A stretch of DNA of 64,000 nt from an uncultured Chloroflexia bacterium. Lineage in GTDB: Bacteria; Chloroflexota; Limnocylindria; Limnocylindrales; CSP1-4. The stretch lies in assembly GCA_963720755.1 (NCBI GenBank), contig CAVRGP010000006.1, forward strand, positions 128,001 through 192,000. Direction: 5' to 3'. A program made the translations under genes and the position numbers. The stretch's first letter is position 1. Each line of letters starts with the position of its first letter. Below the pieces are notes generated by a model. The model was not told the DNA's origin and ran no database searches. It saw nothing but the letters and a program-made list of their open reading frames with translations. Positions 57,760 through 64,000 of the stretch are shown piece after piece.

Positions 57760-59200
57760 GCTGCGGAACCTCCTCCGGTGAACCGGCGGCAGGACCCGGT
57801 TCGACGATGACGGTGAGCCCTTCCTGGGCGACGACGCGAACATGCTCGCCCATCGCGATCGATGCGCCGTCCCTGGTCTGAGCCGTCCACTCCTCACCGG
57901 CAGCATAGATGACCCCGACCGGTGTCAGGGCCGTCCTGACGAGCGCGTCGCTGCCGACCGGCACGGTCGGATCGCCCCCCGCGCCATAGGCGCCGGCGAA
58001 CGCTCGACTCCGTCGTCGCGAGGCGACCACCGTTCCGAGCAGGAGGGCCATGAACCCGGCGACCATGGCCGTCATCAGCACGATCAGTGGCGTCGCCACG
58101 GCGACGTCCGGGGCGGTCGGGTTGCCAGGTGCCGTGTACAACGCGGACGCCCCGAGCGCGAAGCAGATGAGGCCGCCGATGGCGAGCAACCCATGGCTGG
58201 TCACGCTCGCCTCGAGAACGAAGAGCACGATCGCGAGCCCGATCAGCAGCACCCCCGCGACGTTGAGCGGGAGGCTGCCGAACCCGATGAAGGCGAGGAT
58301 CAGCGCGAGCGTGCCGATGATCCCGGTGACGAGGTTCGGGCTCACCAGCTCGAAGACGAGACCGAAAAAGCCGATCGTCAGCAGGATGAACGCGATATTC
58401 GGGTCGGACAACAGGTGGAGGAACGACTGGAACGGGTTCATCGGCAGGTCCACGAACGGCGCGACCGCGATGTCGACCACGACCGGCTGTCCGCCGACGG
58501 TGACGGTCTGGCCGTGCGCCTGTGTTCGCACCGAATCGAGCGTTGGCGCGATCCCGTCGACGGCCCCGACCGCGACCGCTTCCGAGGCGGGCGACGAGAC
58601 CGCATCCGCCACCGTCGACACAGCCCAGTCGACGTCGCGGCCGCGGACCTCGGCGATCGAGCGGATGTTGGCGATGGCGTCGTTCTTGATCTTCTCGCCG
58701 ATCGTCCCCTGGAGTTCGGCCCCACCCGCGCCGACCGGCGAGGCGGCCCCGATGTTCGTCCCGGGCGCCATATAGGCGAGGTTCGCCGCCAGGGTGATGA
58801 ACGTCCCGGCACTTGCCGCGCGTCCGCCACTGGGAGCGACCCAGACGATCGTCGGCAGCGGCGCCTCGAGAAGCGCGGTCACGATGCGTTGGGTGGAGTC
58901 GAGGCTGCCGCCCGGCGTATTGAGCGTGACGATGAGCGCCGGCGAGTCGTCTTCGGCGGCCCGCTTCACGGCCTCCTCGATGTACCCCGCCATCACGTTG
59001 TCGACGATGCCCGTCGCCGAAAGGACGTAGACGGGTGCGCTGGGATCGCCTGCGGGCAGGGGAGAGGGAGTCGGATCGGCGGCGCTCGACGGCCCAGGAG
59101 CCACACCGAGGATGGCGACGATCAGCCAGGCCAGGCCCATGGCGATGATGACGCGGCGGAGCCGTGTCGAAGACCTGTTCGCGCGCGTCGATGACTGCAT
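57749..59200 (-). CDS. Long-form NfeD membrane serine protease (ClpP class)
   Basis: NTPGG, AASAG (Ser), GAASP, EKIKND (Lys), TM block, C-terminal GEEWTA OB fold; start uncertain. Confidence 0.9.
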   Translation of the reverse strand: MQSSTRANRSSTRLRRVIIAMGLAWLIVAILGVAPGPSSAADPTPSPLPAGDPSAPVYVLSATGIVDNVMAGYIEEAVKRAAEDDSPALIVTLNTPGGSLDSTQRIVTALLEAPLPTIVWVAPSGGRAASAGTFITLAANLAYMAPGTNIGAASPVGAGGAELQGTIGEKIKNDAIANIRSIAEVRGRDVDWAVSTVADAVSSPASEAVAVGAVDGIAPTLDSVRTQAHGQTVTVGGQPVVVDIAVAPFVDLPMNPFQSFLHLLSDPNIAFILLTIGFFGLVFELVSPNLVTGIIGTLALILAFIGFGSLPLNVAGVLLIGLAIVLFVLEASVTSHGLLAIGGLICFALGASALYTAPGNPTAPDVAVATPLIVLMTAMVAGFMALLLGTVVASRRRSRAFAGAYGAGGDPTVPVGSDALVRTALTPVGVIYAAGEEWTAQTRDGASIAMGEHVRVVAQEGLTVIVEPGPAAGSPEEVPQRDH

Positions 59201-59253
59201 GATCGTGCCTGCCCACATCTTCGCACGGGCCGTCGCGGCCCAGTGAGTCGGTC

Positions 59254-60480
59254 TCAGGGGGCGACTGCCGGATCGGGCGGACGGTCCAGGGCCCTGGCGA
59301 CGACCCACTGGATGGTCCCGCCCTGGGCGATCAGGGTGAACACGACGATGCCGAAGGTGATGGTCTGCAATTGCGCTCGCTGCGGGAAACCCTCGGGCAG
59401 CGACAACGCCAGGGCGACCGCGACGGCTCCCCGCAGCCCGGACCAGAACAGCACGTGCAGCCAGCCCTTCCTGAGCCCGGAACGTGGTCGACGGAGCAGC
59501 CGCGATGCGCCACCGACGAGGCCGTAGGTCACGATCGCCCGGCTGGCCAGCACTGCCACGATCCCGACACCGATCGCGACCGCCGAATCGACGATGTCCC
59601 CGACCGAGATGGCCAGGCCCACCAGCAGGAAGATCAAGGCCGTCATCACGAACGCGAGGAACTCCCAGATCGTGTCGATCGCCTCCTGGGTCCGCTCGCT
59701 CATCCCGATCCGGCGGCCGTAGCTGCCGAGGGTGATCCCCGCGACCACCGTCGCGATGACGCCGGATTCATGGAGGGCGTCGGCCGCGACGTACGTCCCG
59801 TAGGCAAGGAGCACGGAAACGGTGGTCTCGATGAGATGGTCATCCACGACGGCCACGATCCGCGACGCGACGAACCCGGCCACCGCACCGATGACGATGC
59901 TGAAGGCCAGGGTCAGGACGAACGACGAGACCGCATCGGCCGCGGTGACGTCGCCGCCGACCACGCGCAGGGCGATCGCGAAGACGACGATCGCCGTGCC
60001 GTCATTGAACAGGCTCTCCCCTTCGACGAGGGTCGACAGCGTCTTCGGGGCGCCGACGCGCTTGAACGTCGCGATGACCGCGACCGGGTCCGTGGCCGCC
60101 ACCATCGCCCCGACGACGAAGGCCAGGTCGAGCGGCAGGCCGGTGGCGAGGTTGAGGGCGACCGCCACGACTGCCGCAGTGATCAGGACGCCCGGGATGG
60201 CCAGGAGGACGATCCCGCCGAAGGTCTTTCGCAGGCTGTCCACGTCGGTCTGGAACGACGCCTCGAAGACGAGGCCCGGAAGCAGGACGAGGAGGACCAG
60301 TTCCGGCGTGATGACGATCGCCGAGTCGGAGGCGAGGACGGCGACCGCAAGCCCGAACAGGACGAGCGCGACCGTGTACGGGACGCCGATCCGTCTCGAC
60401 ACCAGGGCGACCAGGACGGCCGCTCCCAGCAGGGCGGTGAACTGTTCGACGGTGGCGATCGTCGCATCGCCGCTCAGCAC
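59254..60480 (-). CDS. CPA1 family Na+/H+ antiporter
   Basis: ATDPVAV, EGESLFNDG, SG..A.V, GLRGAV. Confidence 0.95.
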   Translation of the reverse strand: MLSGDATIATVEQFTALLGAAVLVALVSRRIGVPYTVALVLFGLAVAVLASDSAIVITPELVLLVLLPGLVFEASFQTDVDSLRKTFGGIVLLAIPGVLITAAVVAVALNLATGLPLDLAFVVGAMVAATDPVAVIATFKRVGAPKTLSTLVEGESLFNDGTAIVVFAIALRVVGGDVTAADAVSSFVLTLAFSIVIGAVAGFVASRIVAVVDDHLIETTVSVLLAYGTYVAADALHESGVIATVVAGITLGSYGRRIGMSERTQEAIDTIWEFLAFVMTALIFLLVGLAISVGDIVDSAVAIGVGIVAVLASRAIVTYGLVGGASRLLRRPRSGLRKGWLHVLFWSGLRGAVAVALALSLPEGFPQRAQLQTITFGIVVFTLIAQGGTIQWVVARALDRPPDPAVAP

Positions 60481-60579
60481 GGACCGGCGCTCGCGATCAG
60501 CCTTCGCGCACCGTGATGGATCGCGGTTCGAGCGTGGGGCACCCGGCTAGTCTACGGTGCGCGCATGTCGCCTTCGGGG

Positions 60580-61512
60580 TCAGGAGGGCATCGGTGCCGG
60601 CGTGGCGTTGGGTGCCCCGGCCGGTTTGACCGGCTGGGCGCGGAACGTCCGCCAGGCGAGGAGGATGACGGCACCGTAACCGAACAGCGAGGCGATCCCG
60701 GCCACCACCGGGATGAGTTGGCTTGCCTGCAGCACGATCAGGCCGACGACCGCGGCCAGATAGGGTCGATCGTGAACCACCCCTGGCCGCATCCGGGTGA
60801 CGATCCAGTCGCCGATCCAGATGCCCGTAACGAGGTAGCCGAGATAGCCGACGAGCGGCCAGGCGAAGATCAGGATGGCGAAGCCGAGCGGTGCGCCAAC
60901 GACCGTGATGAGCAGGCCGATGAACAGCAGGATCGGCACGATCAGACCCGCCAATCCGACGACGAAGACCCGACCCGGCTCGCGACTGATGAGCGTCTCG
61001 GCCGCCCGCACCTGCCGTGCCGCGATGGCCGCCAGCACGAGGCCCGCCGCGATCGTGACCAGCGCCAGGCCGATGAACAGCAGGAACAGGACCGGTGCAA
61101 GCAAGACGCCCGCCGCGATGAGCGACGGCGCGACATCCTTGACCTCGCCGGCCACGACCGCGCCGGACGTGTCGTCGACCGTCGAATCCAGCGCGTAGAC
61201 GTCACCCGAGACCGTCGTACCCGCGCCGAGGACGACTGGACTGCCGATCGCCACGATGCTTTCGACCGTCGCTCCCCGCAGTTCGGCTCGGCCGTTGATC
61301 GCGACGACCGTCTTGGCGTCACCGAGGATGGTCGCCGTCCCGTCGACGACGATCACGGCATCGGCCTGCTCACCGGCGGGCAGGGTCAGGTCACCCCCGA
61401 AGGCCGTCAGGACACGACCCGAATGTGATGTCGTGTCGGCCGCCATGACCGCGGGCGCGAGCAGGACGAGGATGACCACCATGGAACCGAGGATGGCCAG
61501 CAAGCGCGTCAT
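60580..61512 (-). CDS. Membrane protein with N-terminal bactofilin-like beta-helix
   Basis: Signal peptide; GGDL/GDA/GDV repeats; 5-6 TM with ITVVGAPL and IPVV; GGAGG RBS. Confidence 0.75.
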   Translation of the reverse strand: MTRLLAILGSMVVILVLLAPAVMAADTTSHSGRVLTAFGGDLTLPAGEQADAVIVVDGTATILGDAKTVVAINGRAELRGATVESIVAIGSPVVLGAGTTVSGDVYALDSTVDDTSGAVVAGEVKDVAPSLIAAGVLLAPVLFLLFIGLALVTIAAGLVLAAIAARQVRAAETLISREPGRVFVVGLAGLIVPILLFIGLLITVVGAPLGFAILIFAWPLVGYLGYLVTGIWIGDWIVTRMRPGVVHDRPYLAAVVGLIVLQASQLIPVVAGIASLFGYGAVILLAWRTFRAQPVKPAGAPNATPAPMPS

Positions 61513-61764
61513 CTGATCGACCTCCGGGTGTGGACCGTATGGACCGCGGTCGAATCCAGAGTCTCGAACCGACGGCCGGTATCGACTAGCGCCGAACGTC
61601 ACCGTGTCCGGGTGCTGATCGGCCCGACAAGCGGGTGGCCACGTACGTGCCAACGATCCATCGGTCATGGCGACGATGGTCCGATGGCACTTCCAGGACG
61701 GCCCTGGTCGATCGAGGATTCGGGCCGGGCGACCTGCCCGGCGATCCACTCCGGAGGCGTCGAC

Positions 61765-62229
61765 GTGGCGACTCATCCACTCACCCACCCCACCCACCAG
61801 GCGATCCCGAAATCGGAACTCCACCTCGCCGGGCGGATCTGCGTCAGCGCACTCGTCCTGCTTGGACTCGGAGCCATCGCGGGCGGCTACGCCCTCGTCG
61901 CGCGGCCCGACGGCAGCGTGATGCAGTTCGACGTGGGACTCCTGGCCGGAACGCCGTTCGCCGACTTCCTGATCCCCGGGCTCATCCTCGGCGGACTGTT
62001 CGGGTTCGGGTCGTTCATCGTGGCCGGGATGGGCCTTGCCCGGATGCGCATCGCGCCATTCCTGGCATTCGCGATCGGCTGCGGCCAGATGATCTGGATC
62101 GTCGTCGAACTCGCGATCATCAAGGAGCTGAGCTTCCTGCATCCGACGTTCTTCGGCGTCGGCCTGCTCATCGCCGCGACGGCGGCACGCTGGGGCTGGC
62201 CGACCTTCCAGGCCTGGCGCACTGCCTAG
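61765..62229 (+). CDS. Hypothetical membrane protein (4 TM)
   Basis: GAIAGG..PDGS..TPFADFLIPGLIL..WIVVE; GGAGG before GTG. Confidence 0.8.
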   Translation: MATHPLTHPTHQAIPKSELHLAGRICVSALVLLGLGAIAGGYALVARPDGSVMQFDVGLLAGTPFADFLIPGLILGGLFGFGSFIVAGMGLARMRIAPFLAFAIGCGQMIWIVVELAIIKELSFLHPTFFGVGLLIAATAARWGWPTFQAWRTA

Positions 62230-62306
62230 TCCCGCCGGCGGCGCCGCAGAGAAGCTCGGGGCGCGCCCGTAACGAATCGCGAACGATGCTCGGGCATGAT
62301 GACGGC

Positions 62307-63521
62307 ATGTCCGACCCGTCGAAGGCCCGGGTGACCACGCGAACCGGGATCCGCTGGGAGCGCGTGGCACTTACGGCGGTCCTCACGTGCGCGCTGGCGC
62401 TCGCCGCTGCGAGCCTGGTCGCGGACCCCTCCTCGATCGCGACGCTGGTCCTGCTCGGAACACCATACGCAGCCGTGGGAACCGTCCTGGCGCTGCGGCG
62501 TCCACGACACCCGATCGGCTGGATCTTCCTGGCGATCGTGATGGTCTGGGTGATCTCGACCTCGGCCGAGGCGCTCGGGGGCACGGACGTCCAACATGGC
62601 GCGAGTCTCCCGAGCGGCTTCCCGATGGTCCTGATCTGGATCGAAACCTGGATCTTCGCCCCGGTCCTGTTCGCCCTCTACTACGCCCTGACCGTCGTGT
62701 TTCCCTCCGGACATCTGCCGGGTGGGCGCATCGGCCGCGCGGTTCGGATCTCGTTCCTCGTGCCGTTGGCCGGTGTCATCGCGGGCGGGTTCGGCCCACA
62801 CCTTGGTGGTCCCTACGCGCCGGACACGATCCAGAGCGGGGCGACGATCGACAACCCGGTGGGGTTCCTTCCGGTCGACCTGGGCAACCTCACGAGTACG
62901 CTGACGATCCTGCTGCTTGTCGCCGGAGTCATCGGGATGGTCGTCCGGTTCCGTCACGCTCAGGGCCTGGAGCGCCAGCAACTCCGCTGGTTCGTGGCCG
63001 CGATGACGTTCACCGCGGTCGTCATCGCCATGGCGATCATCGTGATCTTCACCGCCCCGGATGGCGAGGGCGTGAGCGTCTGGTTCTTTGTGACGCCCGC
63101 GTACATCTTGATCCCGCTCGCCCTCGGCGGGGCGATCATGCGCTATCGGCTGTACGACCTTGACCGGATCATCAGCCGGACGATCAGCTGGGCGGTCGTG
63201 AGCGGCGTCCTCGCGGTCGTCTTCGTCGGCGTGATCCTGGCCTCGCAGACCCTCCTCGCGTCGATCACGTCTTCGAACACCGTCGCGGTGGCCGCCTCCA
63301 CCCTGGTCGTCGCGGCGCTGTTCCAGCCGGTCCGTCGACGCGTCCAGGTTCGGGTGGATCGACGGTTCAATCGGGCTCGCTACGACGCCGAGCGGATCGT
63401 CGCGGTCTTCGCCGGGAAGCTGCGCGACGAGGTCGGCCTCGATGAACTCGGCACCGAGATCGCGGCCACGGTGACGCGGACCGTGCAGCCAGCGTCTGTA
63501 TCCGTGTGGTTGCGCGACTAA
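62307..63521 (+). CDS. Multi-pass membrane protein resembling a histidine-kinase sensor module without transmitter
   Basis: HPIGW, FPSG.L, NP, ERQQLRW, RYRLYDLD, FQP.R.R.Q..VDRRF. Confidence 0.8.
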   Translation: MSDPSKARVTTRTGIRWERVALTAVLTCALALAAASLVADPSSIATLVLLGTPYAAVGTVLALRRPRHPIGWIFLAIVMVWVISTSAEALGGTDVQHGASLPSGFPMVLIWIETWIFAPVLFALYYALTVVFPSGHLPGGRIGRAVRISFLVPLAGVIAGGFGPHLGGPYAPDTIQSGATIDNPVGFLPVDLGNLTSTLTILLLVAGVIGMVVRFRHAQGLERQQLRWFVAAMTFTAVVIAMAIIVIFTAPDGEGVSVWFFVTPAYILIPLALGGAIMRYRLYDLDRIISRTISWAVVSGVLAVVFVGVILASQTLLASITSSNTVAVAASTLVVAALFQPVRRRVQVRVDRRFNRARYDAERIVAVFAGKLRDEVGLDELGTEIAATVTRTVQPASVSVWLRD

Positions 63522-64000
63522 CGGGTCACGAACCGCCCGATGAGGATGCCGGCCAGGGCGGCAGCACCGGCGATCGACATCGTCTGGAGGGCCGTCCGCC
63601 ACACTGGTTCATGCCCGATCCGTCCACGGGCGATGCCCAGCAGCGCCATCAGCGCCCCGGTCACGATCAGCGACACGATCCGCGCCGTCTCGATGTCGAA
63701 CAGTACGAACGGGATGACCGGGATGCTCGCCGCGAACAGGTCCGCCACGAACATCCAGGCCGCGTGCGTCCGTGGCGGGACTCCCGCCACGCGGGGCACG
63801 CCAAGCTCGAACGCGGCGACGTAGTCGAGCAGTGCGCCGGGGTTTCGTTCGAAGGCCGCCGTCACCCCCCGTGCCTCGACTTCGGTGAAACCTGACGTCC
63901 GCAGACGTTCGGCGACGCGATGTAGCGTCCGTTCGGGATCGGTGGCGATCCCGCGCCGTGCCTGCTCCACGAGTGCGGCGGCGCGGCTCCGTTGCGAGTG
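63518..64000 (-). CDS. VIT1/CCC1-like transporter, 3' part (runs off the window)
   Basis: ELG..ASIPVIPF..ALLGIARG..ALQ..IAGAAA..GR. Confidence 0.7.
   Translation of the reverse strand, partial: HSQRSRAAALVEQARRGIATDPERTLHRVAERLRTSGFTEVEARGVTAAFERNPGALLDYVAAFELGVPRVAGVPPRTHAAWMFVADLFAASIPVIPFVLFDIETARIVSLIVTGALMALLGIARGRIGHEPVWRTALQTMSIAGAAALAGILIGRFVTR

Overview
High-GC (roughly 70%) bacterial chromosomal window. Gene content and protein style suggest Chloroflexota, possibly Ca. Limnocylindria; this is an inference. It holds about 63 credible CDSs and one tRNA-Glu(UUC). Main content: two Tad/Flp minor-pilin clusters flanking nth, a DUF5666-like protein and a two-component system; tdh-kbl; GH13; galU; a PASTA Ser/Thr kinase; folC-folP-folB; htrA with a two-component system; rplY; ligC and a stand-alone LigD-type primase-polymerase; an ECF42-type sigma with a DGPF/YciI gene; a PCuAC-SCO-two-domain laccase copper cluster; a GcvT-type oxidoreductase with ETF; GH18; NfeD-NfeD-SPFH; a CPA1 antiporter. 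No CRISPR, integrase, transposase or rRNA was seen. The most unusual signals are non-coding. Three intergenic 150-195 bp rod-like palindromes lie at 12.7, 25.8 and 43.0 kb; two of them share a 48-nt arm (35/48 identical by manual alignment), and one abuts a 5.8x43-bp hairpin-unit tandem array. Also notable: pervasive leaderless-type promoters, a lower-GC frameshifted Tad cassette behind a start-codon-sequestering hairpin, and a BldC-like HTH/membrane-protein pair with 10-bp direct repeats upstream. All calls come from reading the sequence; no searches were run.
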